Source of the DNA: Planctomycetota bacterium
Lineage (GTDB): Bacteria > Planctomycetota > UBA11346
NCBI GenBank assembly: GCA_038213805.1
Contig: JBBQSO010000030.1
Location: forward strand, 1-55,137
DNA: 55,137 nucleotides
Reading direction: 5' to 3'
Shown: positions 15,881 to 25,874 of the stretch, one piece after another
How positions within the stretch are numbered: the first letter of the stretch is position 1
How the letters are laid out: every line of letters starts with the position of its first letter
Notes under the pieces: model-generated
The model's database searches: none
The model's input: only the letters and a program-made list of their open reading frames with translations
Told to the model about the DNA's origin: nothing
Made by a program: the position numbers and the translations under genes

Positions 15881-17815
15881 ATGACCACTCTGCGCTGTGC
15901 CGGCCTGGTCTTTCTAGCACTTTTGTTCGGCGCCCTGCCCGGCGCTGCGGTCGCGGCCGACGCTGACACCGCCACCCTGCCCGAGACCATCCCCGCGAGC
16001 CTGCCCGCCGACGCCCTGGTGCTGACGGTGGATGCGCGCGAACTGCCCGACGGCTTATTGCACGCGCACGAGAGCCTGGCAGCGACCGGGGGCGATCAGG
16101 TGCTGGTCTTTCCCAAGTGGATCCCGGGCACGCATGCGCCGGCTGGGCGCATCGTCAACCTGGTCGGCCTGCGCTTCAGCGCCGGCGGCGCGACCCTGGC
16201 CTGGGACCGCGATGAGGCCGATCCGTACCGCCTGGTGGTGCACGTGCCGGCCGGCAGCGCACGCCTGGAGGCCGACTTCACCTATATCGCCAATCACGGC
16301 GACGTCAGCAGCGCCGGCGTCGATGTGGAAGGCACCCGCGGTCTGGGCGTGATCAACTGGAACTGCTGCGTGCTTTGTCCGGAAGGCCGGCCGGTGGGCG
16401 CCATCCCGGTCGTCGCCAGCCTGCTGTTGCCGACCGGCTGGAAGCCGGGCACCGCGCTGGCCATCCAGCGTGCGCAGGCCCCCGGCTGGCGTTTCGCGCC
16501 CACCACCGTGGGCGCACTGATCGACCGGCCGCTGATCGCCGGACCGGGACTCACCGAGACCGCGCTGGAGACCGGCGACCTGCCGGCGTCGCTGGTGATC
16601 GCCGCTGCCGATGGCGCGCCCGTGGTTCCCGACCACGAATGGTGCACGCGGCTGACCGCCGCCGTGACCCAGGCGCAGCGCCTGTGCGGCCCGGCGCATT
16701 GCCCGTCCTACCGCTGGCTGTGCATGGTCGGCGATACCTTCGACGATATCGGCCTCGAGCACGGCGACTGCAGCCTGTGCGGGCTCGTCGGCCGGCCGTT
16801 CAGCGATTTCGACAGCACCTCATACCCCGAGCGCGACCTGATGGTGCACGAGCTGATGCACTCGTGGTGCGGCAAGCACGTGCGCCCGGCGGCGATGGCG
16901 ACCACCGACCTGCAGACGCCGCAGCGCACCGGCCTGCTGTGGGTGTACGAAGGCCTGACCATGTACCTGGGCGAGGTCGTCGGCACGCGCGCCGGGATGC
17001 ACACGCCCGCTGAATTCCGCGAGCAGCTCGCCGCCGACATCCACGATCTCTCGTACCAGCGCGGCCGCGCTTGGCGCAGCGTCGAAGACACCGCGCGCGC
17101 CGCCTGGATGCTGCGTGAACCGAGCAACCGCTACGGCGATCTGCGCCGCGGCGAGGAGTTCTACACCGAAGGCAAGCTCTTCTGGCTCGAGGCCGATCTG
17201 ATCATCCGCAGCGCGAGCGGCGGCGCGCGCAGCCTCGACGATTTCTGCCGCACCTTCCTCGGCACGCCGCTCGCGCCCGGGACCGCGCTGCGCACCTACA
17301 CCGTCGACGACGTCATCGCCGCGCTTGCGGCGGTGCAGCCCCACGACTGGCGCGCGCTGGTGCGCACGCGCATCAGTGCGGTGCGCCCGCGCCTTGACGG
17401 CAGCGGCTACGAGGGCGGCGGCTGGCGGCTGGTCTACTCCGACCCCGCCGATCCCGCCCAGTCACCCGCCGATGAGAACACGCTGCTCGACACGCGCGCC
17501 AGCCTGGGCTGCGAACTGCGCGATGGGCGGGTGAGCGGACTGCAGCCCGGCTCACCCGCGATGCGCGCCGGACTGCACGAAGGCGACCAGGTTTCGGGAG
17601 CGGACGGCAGACGGCTCGACGGCCTGGCGGTTGAGAGCGCGCTGCAGCGCGCCGTCAGCGATGGGATCGGCCTGGTCCACCTGGTCGTCACCGAAAACCG
17701 GGTACCCAGACCTGTAAACGTGCCCTGGGACCAGGGCCCGCGGCATCCGCGCCTGGAGCGCCTCCCGGATGCGCCCGACCTGCTCGGTGCAATCCTGACG
17801 CCGCGGGATCGCTGA
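15881..17815 (+). CDS. M61 glycyl aminopeptidase-family metallopeptidase with a C-terminal PDZ domain
   Basis: Signal peptide; 'PKWIPG', 'GLEH', 'HELMHSW', 'LLWVYEG.T.Y', 'YTEG'; PDZ-like 'PGSPAMRAGL..GD'. Confidence 0.9.
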   Translation: MTTLRCAGLVFLALLFGALPGAAVAADADTATLPETIPASLPADALVLTVDARELPDGLLHAHESLAATGGDQVLVFPKWIPGTHAPAGRIVNLVGLRFSAGGATLAWDRDEADPYRLVVHVPAGSARLEADFTYIANHGDVSSAGVDVEGTRGLGVINWNCCVLCPEGRPVGAIPVVASLLLPTGWKPGTALAIQRAQAPGWRFAPTTVGALIDRPLIAGPGLTETALETGDLPASLVIAAADGAPVVPDHEWCTRLTAAVTQAQRLCGPAHCPSYRWLCMVGDTFDDIGLEHGDCSLCGLVGRPFSDFDSTSYPERDLMVHELMHSWCGKHVRPAAMATTDLQTPQRTGLLWVYEGLTMYLGEVVGTRAGMHTPAEFREQLAADIHDLSYQRGRAWRSVEDTARAAWMLREPSNRYGDLRRGEEFYTEGKLFWLEADLIIRSASGGARSLDDFCRTFLGTPLAPGTALRTYTVDDVIAALAAVQPHDWRALVRTRISAVRPRLDGSGYEGGGWRLVYSDPADPAQSPADENTLLDTRASLGCELRDGRVSGLQPGSPAMRAGLHEGDQVSGADGRRLDGLAVESALQRAVSDGIGLVHLVVTENRVPRPVNVPWDQGPRHPRLERLPDAPDLLGAILTPRDR

Positions 17816-17974
17816 ACGCATCAACGGATGGCGAACCCCCTCCTGCCGGTGGCGTGAGCGGCCGTTCTGCGCTACGCTCTCAGGGTTGCGGTTCCCGGTC
17901 GCATCCGTCGTACCGGCGCATGCGTATGGCTGGGATCCTGCCGCCCGCGATCACCCCGCCCGGAAGCAGCGCCC

Positions 17975-19045
17975 ATGGCGACGCATCTCCTCCGCATCCC
18001 GACCCTGCTGCTGGCCGCCGCCGCGCTGCCGGCCCTCGAACTCGCCGAGGGTCTGAGCTTCGGCGGCTATGGCGAGGCCATCGCCCGCGCCGAGCACCGC
18101 GACCGCAACAGCCCGTTCAACACCAGCACCACCACCCCGCCCGGCGATCAGACCTATGTGGACTTCAGCAGCGACGCGGCCTTCAAGCTGCGCTACCGGG
18201 TCGACGACTTCACCCTGCGCACGGATCTCATCGCGAGCAGCGAGGCGCAGTTCGGCAACGACCACCTGCTGCTCGAGCAGGCCTTCATCGACTGGGCTGC
18301 CACCCCCAACCTGACGGTGCGCGCCGGGCGCTTCCAGAACACTTGGTTTGGCTGGGAGGGCTTCCACACCCCCGAGCAGTTCCGCGTCAACCATAGCGCC
18401 GCGTGGGACTGGAATGTCACCAACCACGGTGGCGCCCCGGCGCGACCGTTCGTCTCGGACGGTGCGGGCCTGATATTCGCAAACGTCGCACGCACCCTCA
18501 CCGCTGAATTCTACGTGGTCAACGACGTGCTCGGCGATGCGCCCGGCCAGCAGGCCAGCGATAAGGCTGGCGGTGCGAGTTTCGCGTGGCGCGCGCAGGG
18601 CTTCGGGCGCGTTGAGCTGGGCGTGGCCTACGACCGCAACGCGGTGATCACCCAGGGTGGCGAGGGCAGCGACGCCCTCGGCGCCGATTTCAACGTCGAC
18701 GTCACCGCGCTGCGCGATTCCGGCTGGTTCTTCGCCACCGAGGTGCAGCTGCACCGCCACCCACACCTGTTCTTCGATGGTGAACTCTACGGCAACGACC
18801 TCGTCGCCCTGGCCATGGCCAACTGGGACTTCAGCCCGGGCGTGGCCTCGGCGACGCTCATGGTCGACTACGTTGAACGCGGCTTCCACGCCCACGGCAA
18901 CGAGCTGATGGAGTACTGCGTCGCGATCCTGACCAAGCCGCACAAGCAGGTACGCCTGAACGGCGAACTGTTCTACCGCGCCGAGACCGCGCACAACGCG
19001 GACAGCTATGGCGGGGCGGCGGTGATCCTGGTGGAGCTGCCGTAG
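17975..19045 (+). CDS. Putative outer-membrane porin
   Basis: Signal peptide; 'LSFGGYGE', 'LEQAFIDW', 'LTVRAGRF...FGWE'; amphipathic strands. Confidence 0.7.
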   Translation: MATHLLRIPTLLLAAAALPALELAEGLSFGGYGEAIARAEHRDRNSPFNTSTTTPPGDQTYVDFSSDAAFKLRYRVDDFTLRTDLIASSEAQFGNDHLLLEQAFIDWAATPNLTVRAGRFQNTWFGWEGFHTPEQFRVNHSAAWDWNVTNHGGAPARPFVSDGAGLIFANVARTLTAEFYVVNDVLGDAPGQQASDKAGGASFAWRAQGFGRVELGVAYDRNAVITQGGEGSDALGADFNVDVTALRDSGWFFATEVQLHRHPHLFFDGELYGNDLVALAMANWDFSPGVASATLMVDYVERGFHAHGNELMEYCVAILTKPHKQVRLNGELFYRAETAHNADSYGGAAVILVELP

Positions 19046-19073
19046 GACGGTCGATCCGGTCGTCGGCGCCCAC

Positions 19074-22000
19074 TCAGGCGCCAGCGACCGCGCGCAGCTC
19101 TCCGCTCTCCAAATCGACGATCGCCATCCCCGCGATCGGCCCACTGAGGTGCGGTGCGAGCAGGGCCGCATACCTGCGCACCTGCTGAGCGGCCGCAGCC
19201 TCGTCCGCCGCACCGCCGCTTTTGTAGTCGTAGATCCACCACGCCCCGTCCTCGTCCTGGACGAGCACATCGCAGACGCCGACCACCAGCGCACCATCCG
19301 CGTCAGGCAGCGTGCCGATCACAGGCTGTTCGCGCAGCACGCTGCGCGCGCGGCGATAGCCGGGAATCAGTTCCGGGTCGGTCAAGCTGCGCAGCAGACG
19401 CTGCGCGCGCGCCGCGTCGAGCCCGGCGCGGAATGGCGCCAGCGCCACCTCGGCCTGCGCGCGCGCCATGCCGGGCTCGTAGCGCGCGAGAGCGTCGTGC
19501 AGGGCGGTGCCCAGTTCCTGGGCGCGTGCGCGCGCGCCAGAGCCCCCACGCGACGCCGCTGGCCCCTCTTCGGCGAGCAGATCGGTCACGCTGCGTACGA
19601 GCATTTCGTCTGCGGGCTGCGCAGTCGCCAGCGCGGGCAGCTCGCCCTGTTCCGGCTGTGCCCGCGGTGCCGCCTGCGGCGGCGCATCAAGATCGACGAC
19701 GGCCTCGCGCCACGGCGTACCGGCCCCGGCGAACCAGTCAGCGTAGCAGCGCACGCTCAGGTCGCCGAGCGGACCCGTGGCCTGCGGCCCGGCGCACAGC
19801 GCGTGCAGCTCCTCGCGCGCGCGTGTGCAGGCGACGTAGAACAGGCGCGCCTCCTCGGCGAGCAGGCGCAGGCGTCGCTCGTCGGCAAGTACGCCGGCGG
19901 CCAGGCTAATCGGCGCAGGGTCTTCCGCCTCTCCGTCGTCCACACCCGGATGGCAGGCGAGGTGCAGCCCCTCTTCGGCCGGCAGCGCCAGGACCCGGGC
20001 GGTGAGATCGCGACGATCGAAGGGCCGCTGGCAGTCGGGCAGGAACACCACCGGCCATTCCAGGCCCTTGGCCTGGTGGATGGTGAGCAGGCGCACGCCG
20101 CGACTGCCGAGATCCTCGCCGCCCGCTTCTTCCGCGTCGACGCCCAGACGGCGGCGCTCGGCGAGGCGCGCGACGAAGGCGGGCGCGTCGAGGGCGATCC
20201 CGGCCCGCACCTCTTCCTCGGCGAGACGCGCGAGGTTGGCGAGTCGGCGCCGCGCCAGCGGCAGGAGCGCATAGCGCGCAGCGACGCGCGGATCGGCGCC
20301 CAGCGCACGCAGCGCCGCAGCAACGCCTTCATCGGCGAGTACGACCCGTACCTCGGCGACCAGCGCGCCGAGCGGCGTACGCGCCGCGGCCCACGCCCAC
20401 CCCGCCGCCGGCTCCTGCTCAAGGGCCGCGACCAGCAGTCGGCGATCCTGCGGATCCGCGGCGCCCCACGGCCCGCCCAGGGCGATGGCCAGGGCGCGGC
20501 GGTCGTGCGGATTGATGCACAGGCGCAGCACCGCCTCGAGATCGTGGCATTCCTGGCTCTCGTAGAGCCCGCCAGGGAAATCCGTGTCGTAGGGGATGCC
20601 GGCGGCCTCGAGCGCGCGCGCATACAGGCGCATGCGACCGCGCGTGCGCAGCAGAATCGCGTGCGCCTCGGCCGGCCGGCCGGCCTGCAGCGACGCGGCG
20701 ATCACGGCGGTGATGTGCAGGGCCTGAGCCTGGCTGGCGTCGATGGCGGTGGCCTTGACCTCCACCTCCGCGCCATCGCGCTGCGCGACTACGCGCCACG
20801 CGTGCAGGATGCCAGGACCAGGGAAATCCGCAGCCTCGCGGCCGGCCAGGATCGCCTGCGGGCGGAAGGCCGAGACCAGCGCGTCCTGGGCGAACACGCC
20901 GCGCACCGCGGCGAGCAGGGCCGGATGACTGCGGAAATTATGTTTGAGATCGGCCTCGATGCCGCCGCGCCCGCCGATCGCCGCGCCCCAGCGCGCGAAG
21001 ATCGCCGGCTCCGCGTGGCGGAACCCAAAGATGCTCTGGCGGTGGTCGCCGACCACGAACACCCGCGCCGAACCGGATGGCGCGCCCCCCTCCTGGATGC
21101 GCTCGATGATCCGCCCTTGCAGGCGGTTGAGGTCCTGCGCCTCGTCGAGCAGCAGGTGGCGGTAGCGCGCCCCGAGACGCGTACGCGCCGCCGGCCGTTC
21201 GAGCAGCGCCAGGGCCTGGGCCTCGACGCTGGCGAAGCCGGCCTGGCCGAGGCGCAGCGCGGCGCGGTCGCGGTGCGCGAGCCAGTCGGCGGCCAGTCGG
21301 GCGAAGGCCGCCGCACGCCCGGCGAACAGCGCCTCGTCCGCGGGCCGCCAGCGGCCCAGCGCGGCGATGCTGGCGAAGGCCACGCGTGCCTCCTTGCCCG
21401 GGCGGGAATCGCCGCTGCGTTGACTGGGGAAGTCGACGGCGTCCTGGATGGCGCGCACCGTCTCCTTGACCGCATCGTCACGAACTCCGGCCAGCGACAG
21501 CGCGTCGAGCGCCGCACACCACGTCCCGAGCGCCGCCGGATCTGTGGGCGCGCTGCGCGCCAGGGCACGCAGCGTGTCCAGGACCTTGCCCTTGGCCGCC
21601 AACCCGTGCGCATCGTCCAGAGCATCGGCGAGCGCAGCGAACAGCGCCGCACGCCGCGCGCGCACCAGCGCGACCGCATCGCCGGGCAGCGCGGCCAGCA
21701 CCGGCTCCGGCAGTGCCGCCGCCTGTTCCGCGAGGCGCATCACCAGACCGCGCACCGGTTCCCTGCCATAGGCATCGATGAGCATGGCGAGATCGCCACC
21801 ATCGCGCTGCTGAGCGGTCAGCGCCGCCCAGGCCTGCTCGCGCGCCTGGGCCCAGGCGAGGTCCTCCTGCGGGCGTAGGTCGGGATCGCGGCCGAGTTCC
21901 GCCGCGTGCTCCGCCACCCAGGTCAGGCACAGCGCATCAAAGGTGGCGATGGCGGCGCCGGGCAGGGCACCCAGGCAGCGGCGCAGATGATCGATGCTGG

Positions 22001-22319
22001 TCGGCGGCAGGTCGCGCTCAACGTGGCCCTCGCCATCGCTCAGGCGTGGGAAGCGGCCCAGCGCCAAAACCTCCCGCAGGGTGCGCTCGATGCGCGCGCG
22101 CAGGTTGGCCGCCGCCTCGCGCGTGAAGGCCACGGCGAGGATGCGCTCCGGGCCGAGCGGCTCGCCGTCGACCTCGGACAGCAGGCAGGCGACGTAGCGC
22201 ACCGCCATCACCGCGGTCTTGCCGGCACCCGCGCCAGCCGCGGCCAGCACCGGGCGATCGACCAGGAAGGCCGCACGCCGCTGTTCGTCGGTGAACGTGG
22301 TCCACGAGCGCTCAGCCAT
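19074..22319 (-). CDS. addA: AddA-type UvrD helicase/RecB-like nuclease
   Basis: SF1 motifs 'AGAGAGKT', 'AFTREAAANLR.RI', 'DEAQD', 'VGDHRQSIFGFR', 'NFRS', 'TIHQAKGLEW', 'EEARLFYVACTRA'; nuclease 'G..LH', 'GVCD', 'DYKSG', 'Q..RY'. Confidence 0.9.
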   Translation of the reverse strand: MAERSWTTFTDEQRRAAFLVDRPVLAAAGAGAGKTAVMAVRYVACLLSEVDGEPLGPERILAVAFTREAAANLRARIERTLREVLALGRFPRLSDGEGHVERDLPPTSIDHLRRCLGALPGAAIATFDALCLTWVAEHAAELGRDPDLRPQEDLAWAQAREQAWAALTAQQRDGGDLAMLIDAYGREPVRGLVMRLAEQAAALPEPVLAALPGDAVALVRARRAALFAALADALDDAHGLAAKGKVLDTLRALARSAPTDPAALGTWCAALDALSLAGVRDDAVKETVRAIQDAVDFPSQRSGDSRPGKEARVAFASIAALGRWRPADEALFAGRAAAFARLAADWLAHRDRAALRLGQAGFASVEAQALALLERPAARTRLGARYRHLLLDEAQDLNRLQGRIIERIQEGGAPSGSARVFVVGDHRQSIFGFRHAEPAIFARWGAAIGGRGGIEADLKHNFRSHPALLAAVRGVFAQDALVSAFRPQAILAGREAADFPGPGILHAWRVVAQRDGAEVEVKATAIDASQAQALHITAVIAASLQAGRPAEAHAILLRTRGRMRLYARALEAAGIPYDTDFPGGLYESQECHDLEAVLRLCINPHDRRALAIALGGPWGAADPQDRRLLVAALEQEPAAGWAWAAARTPLGALVAEVRVVLADEGVAAALRALGADPRVAARYALLPLARRRLANLARLAEEEVRAGIALDAPAFVARLAERRRLGVDAEEAGGEDLGSRGVRLLTIHQAKGLEWPVVFLPDCQRPFDRRDLTARVLALPAEEGLHLACHPGVDDGEAEDPAPISLAAGVLADERRLRLLAEEARLFYVACTRAREELHALCAGPQATGPLGDLSVRCYADWFAGAGTPWREAVVDLDAPPQAAPRAQPEQGELPALATAQPADEMLVRSVTDLLAEEGPAASRGGSGARARAQELGTALHDALARYEPGMARAQAEVALAPFRAGLDAARAQRLLRSLTDPELIPGYRRARSVLREQPVIGTLPDADGALVVGVCDVLVQDEDGAWWIYDYKSGGAADEAAAAQQVRRYAALLAPHLSGPIAGMAIVDLESGELRAVAGA

Positions 22320-25149
22320 CGCCGCCGCCCTCCGCTGCGTCCAGGTCGCCGCCGCCCTGGTCCAGGCGCTGCTCGTCGAGGCGCGCCAATGGCGCATACT
22401 CGCTGGCGCTGCGACCGTCGGGATCGGCGTGCGCAGTGCCTGCAGCCAGCGCCGCGATGGCGGAACCGAGCCCACCGGCCAGGCGTTCAAGTTCCGCGAG
22501 GGGCACCCCGTCCGTGAGCACGGGCAGTCCCTTCTTGAGCGTGGGAACGCCGCCCCAGCCGGCGCGCCGGCCATCCCCCAGACCAAGGTAATACGCGCTC
22601 GCAGGTGCCAGCCCCTTGGCCTCTGCGCCGAGCAGGTAGGCGAGCAGCTGACCGTCGCGCTCCTCGTCCAATGCGCTGCGCAATGCGGTGAGCGAGCCGC
22701 GCTTGTAGTCGACCAGGCGCACCGTGCCGTCCGGCTGCGTATCCAGGCGGTCGATGCTGCCGCGCAGCGCGAGCGGTTCGTGTCCGGGCACCGGGATGCG
22801 GATGTCGACGCGCACCTCCGCCTCGTGACTGAGCGCATCCGCGGCCGACGCCGACTCGCCCGCCATGGTCGCGGTGACGCGCCGCGCCAAGCGCGCACGT
22901 TCACCTGCGACCAGTGCGTCGGGGGCATCGGCGACCCAGACGCGCAGGAGTTCGCCCAGCACATGCGGCCAGGATGCGGCGGGATGCGGCGCCAACCTGG
23001 CCAGCAACTGGTGCAGGGCGTTGCCTTCGTCGCGGCGCTCGAGATCCGACAGCGGCTCGCCCAGCGCCAGCCGATCGCAGACCAGGGCAAAGCCATCGCG
23101 GTACACGCTGCCGAGCGCCGAAGCCTTCAGGCCCAGCAGCTGCGGAGCGCACGGCGGCACGCGGAAGGTGAAGCTCGGACTGCCCGGCGCCGACCCCCAC
23201 AGCGCACGCTCGTGCGCGCCCTGACTGTCGCCGGGTCCCAGCGGCGCACCCGGCACCGCCTCGTCACCGGCGGCGGCGCGCAAATCCTCGAGCTGCCAGC
23301 CGAGCTGGTCGGCGAGCGTGCCCAGCCACGCGCACGGCTCGCGCTCGCCGCACGGGATGCCGAGCACCACGCGCGCGGTCGCGCGCCCCATGGCTGCGAG
23401 CAGCGCGCCGACCTCGCCCGCGGCGCGCCCCGCATCATCGTAGACATCGCGACCGAGCGCCGCCGCCAATGCGCGGCGCTCGTCGGCGGGCAGCAGCGCA
23501 CCGCCGGCGGCCTGCGCCGGCCAGCGCCCGTGCTCCAGGCCGTGCAGCAGCACCACCGCGCGCGGCCAGATGCGCCCGCGCACCGCGTCGGAAACCACCA
23601 GCGCACCGGGTCCGCCATCGCGCACCACCGGCACGCGGGCGGCGGCGAGCAGCTCGTCGAGGTCCTCGGCACCGACAGGCTGTAACGCTGACCATTCGGC
23701 GAGCGTCGCGAGTGCGCCGCTGCCGCCGTCATCCAGGTCGAGAGCGCGCGCCTGTGCGGCGAAGCCGTCCCACCAGGCGGAACCGGCGCCCGCGCGCACA
23801 TCCGCGCCTGGCTCTGCAGCGTGACCGCCTTTACCGAGCTTCTTCCGCCACGCGCGCAGCCACGCCAGGGTCGCGGTGAGCCACGGCCGGGCGCGGTCGG
23901 GTTCCTGCCAACCCCACCCCGCGGCGACACCCTGGTCGGCGAGCGCCGCAATCTGGGCGAGCGCCGCATCCACCGGCAGCCGCGCCCACGGCCCGCGCAG
24001 GTCCGGCAGGCGCAGTGGCGGCGCTTCGGCATCCAGCCGCTCGACGAGATCCAGGAACGCCGCCCAGTCACCGCTGCGGCAGAACGTCGCCAGCGCCGCG
24101 AGCCGTCCGCCGGCAGCGGTGCCGAGCAACGGGACCTGGAAGGTACCGCTGATCGGCACTTCGGCCGCACGCAGCGCATCGGCCAGTGCCAGGGCCTCGG
24201 CATCGGCGGCGCGCACCACCAGCGTCGCCTGCGCCGGCGCGACGCCCGCGCGGCGCAGCCAGGCGGCGATGGCGCGGCCGGCGTGGGCCGCGTCGCGGTA
24301 GCGGTAGCAACCGGCCGCCTGCGCGTCCACGCGGTGGCCTTCGGCGAGCGCGCCGGCAAGCAGCGTGCGCGCGCCCGGCGCGTGCGGGGCGCGCGGGTGC
24401 ACGCCGCCAAGGCGCTCCTCGCTGGCGCCCGGCAGGGCGGCGCGCAGGCGTGCCGCCGGGCTGGCGTCGGCGCCCAGGCGCGCGTCGTCAACCGCCGCGA
24501 TCACCAACGTGCGGCGCTCACCAAGCGCGCGCAGCAGCGCCAGCTCGCCCGGCGAGAACGCCTGGAAGTCGTCGATGTAGATGCCGGCGACCGCTGGCGC
24601 GCCGCCGCCCGCAGCGAGCGCGCGCAGGCGAGCACCCGGCAGCATCAGCGTGCGGCGCGCGAGCAGTCCGTCGACGTGGCCGCGCGCCGCTGCGATGTCC
24701 TGGGCGACCGCCGCGAGCCGCGGCTCACGCGACGCCATCGCGCGAGCCGCAGTAGCCAGCTCCGCAGCACCGACGTCATGGTCATCGAGGCGGCGGCAGA
24801 GCTCGGCGAGCTCGCGCCCGGTGGCGCGGAACTCGGCCAGTGATGCCCATGGCCCGCGCAGCCCGCGCCGCGCCCAGCCGCGCAACAGGTGCGTCAGCAG
24901 CCCATCGGACGCCGTCCCCATCAGCTCGCCGGCGCCGGCGGCGCAGCGCTCAACCAACTCGGCTAGCGACCACACCGGTGGGATGAGCCCCGGCCCGGTC
25001 CACGCGTGCACCTGGCGGACCAGTTCCGCCGGCAGGCCCGCGACCGGCCGCACCAGCACCGCCGCGCCCGGCGGTTCCGCGCGCAGACGCTCCCACAAAC
25101 GGCGCGACTTGCCGCTCTGGTGCGGGCCGGTGATCAGGGTGATGGGCAT
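22312..25149 (-). CDS. addB: AddB-like subunit (inactive helicase + PD-(D/E)XK nuclease), Fe-S cysteines absent
   Basis: N-terminal Walker A 'LITGPHQSGKS'; nuclease 'GNALH', 'LRGSIDRLD', 'VDYKRG', 'QLLAY'; overlaps the addA start. Confidence 0.85.
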   Translation of the reverse strand: MPITLITGPHQSGKSRRLWERLRAEPPGAAVLVRPVAGLPAELVRQVHAWTGPGLIPPVWSLAELVERCAAGAGELMGTASDGLLTHLLRGWARRGLRGPWASLAEFRATGRELAELCRRLDDHDVGAAELATAARAMASREPRLAAVAQDIAAARGHVDGLLARRTLMLPGARLRALAAGGGAPAVAGIYIDDFQAFSPGELALLRALGERRTLVIAAVDDARLGADASPAARLRAALPGASEERLGGVHPRAPHAPGARTLLAGALAEGHRVDAQAAGCYRYRDAAHAGRAIAAWLRRAGVAPAQATLVVRAADAEALALADALRAAEVPISGTFQVPLLGTAAGGRLAALATFCRSGDWAAFLDLVERLDAEAPPLRLPDLRGPWARLPVDAALAQIAALADQGVAAGWGWQEPDRARPWLTATLAWLRAWRKKLGKGGHAAEPGADVRAGAGSAWWDGFAAQARALDLDDGGSGALATLAEWSALQPVGAEDLDELLAAARVPVVRDGGPGALVVSDAVRGRIWPRAVVLLHGLEHGRWPAQAAGGALLPADERRALAAALGRDVYDDAGRAAGEVGALLAAMGRATARVVLGIPCGEREPCAWLGTLADQLGWQLEDLRAAAGDEAVPGAPLGPGDSQGAHERALWGSAPGSPSFTFRVPPCAPQLLGLKASALGSVYRDGFALVCDRLALGEPLSDLERRDEGNALHQLLARLAPHPAASWPHVLGELLRVWVADAPDALVAGERARLARRVTATMAGESASAADALSHEAEVRVDIRIPVPGHEPLALRGSIDRLDTQPDGTVRLVDYKRGSLTALRSALDEERDGQLLAYLLGAEAKGLAPASAYYLGLGDGRRAGWGGVPTLKKGLPVLTDGVPLAELERLAGGLGSAIAALAAGTAHADPDGRSASEYAPLARLDEQRLDQGGGDLDAAEGGGDG

Positions 25150-25162
25150 GGGCTGGGAAAGA

Positions 25163-25229
25163 GGAAGGGCGGAAGGGCGGAAGGGGAGGACGGGGAGGAG
25201 GCGAGGCACGAGTCGCGAGTGGCGAGACC
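25163..25229. repeat. Short tandem repeats upstream of addB
   Basis: GGAAGGGC x2 + GGAAGGGG, then degenerate 7-mers CGAGGCA CGAGTCG CGAGTGG CGAGACC. Confidence 0.5.
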
Positions 25230-25296
25230 TGGTCCGGGGGCACGTTGGGGCTGGACGCGGCGCAGGGAAGCGAACTCCGGGACCGCAGCCCCGGCG

Positions 25297-25872
25297 TCAT
25301 TCCTCGCCGATGCGCCGCAAGCACGCGCGCCATGCGTCGAGCGTTCCGACGTCAGCTGCCCAGCGTTCGACCACGGCATGGTCGATGCGCTCGGGCACGC
25401 TGGCCAGAAGGCCGCGGATATCACGCAGATGCTTGTCCTGTCCGCTCATCGCGAACCAACGCAGCTTGCGGGCGACGCTGTACGTGGGCGAGGCGACCAG
25501 CACCCGCACCCCTCCGGCATCGCGTTCCAGCGCGTGCGCAAACCCATACTCGTTCAGGGGGTCGTCGCCTGCCGGGTAGATGTCGGCCTTGAGCCCGTTG
25601 CGCTCATCGATCACGTTGAACCCGCCCGCCGCGCCGCGCTGCAGCTCACGCCGCACGGTGTCGAGCGGGGGCCGGTAGAAGCGCTCTTCTGGAAAGGCGG
25701 ACAGCAGCCGCTCCGCATCCCTCTCCCCTGCAGCGACGACCAGGTCGATGTCCAGTGTGAGCCGCGGTTCGCCGAAGAAGGTCGTCGCGACCGACCCTCC
25801 GATGAAACACGGCAGATCGACCGACGCGATGCGCTGGAAAAACTCGAGCAGGGCCGGCTCGGGGCTGGGCAT
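25297..25872 (-). CDS. Nucleotidyltransferase toxin-like protein (MenT1/AbiEii/DUF6036-like)
   Basis: 'FIGGSVA...GEPRLTLDIDLVV' (GG..R.T.D.D motif), 'KADIY', 'VARKL', 'DKHLRD'. Confidence 0.8.
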   Translation of the reverse strand: MPSPEPALLEFFQRIASVDLPCFIGGSVATTFFGEPRLTLDIDLVVAAGERDAERLLSAFPEERFYRPPLDTVRRELQRGAAGGFNVIDERNGLKADIYPAGDDPLNEYGFAHALERDAGGVRVLVASPTYSVARKLRWFAMSGQDKHLRDIRGLLASVPERIDHAVVERWAADVGTLDAWRACLRRIGEE

Positions 25873-25874
25873 CC

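Noticed and set aside
19074..25149. Helicase-nuclease pair as a novel anti-phage system
   Set aside because: Order, sizes and motifs match the housekeeping AddBA recombination complex.
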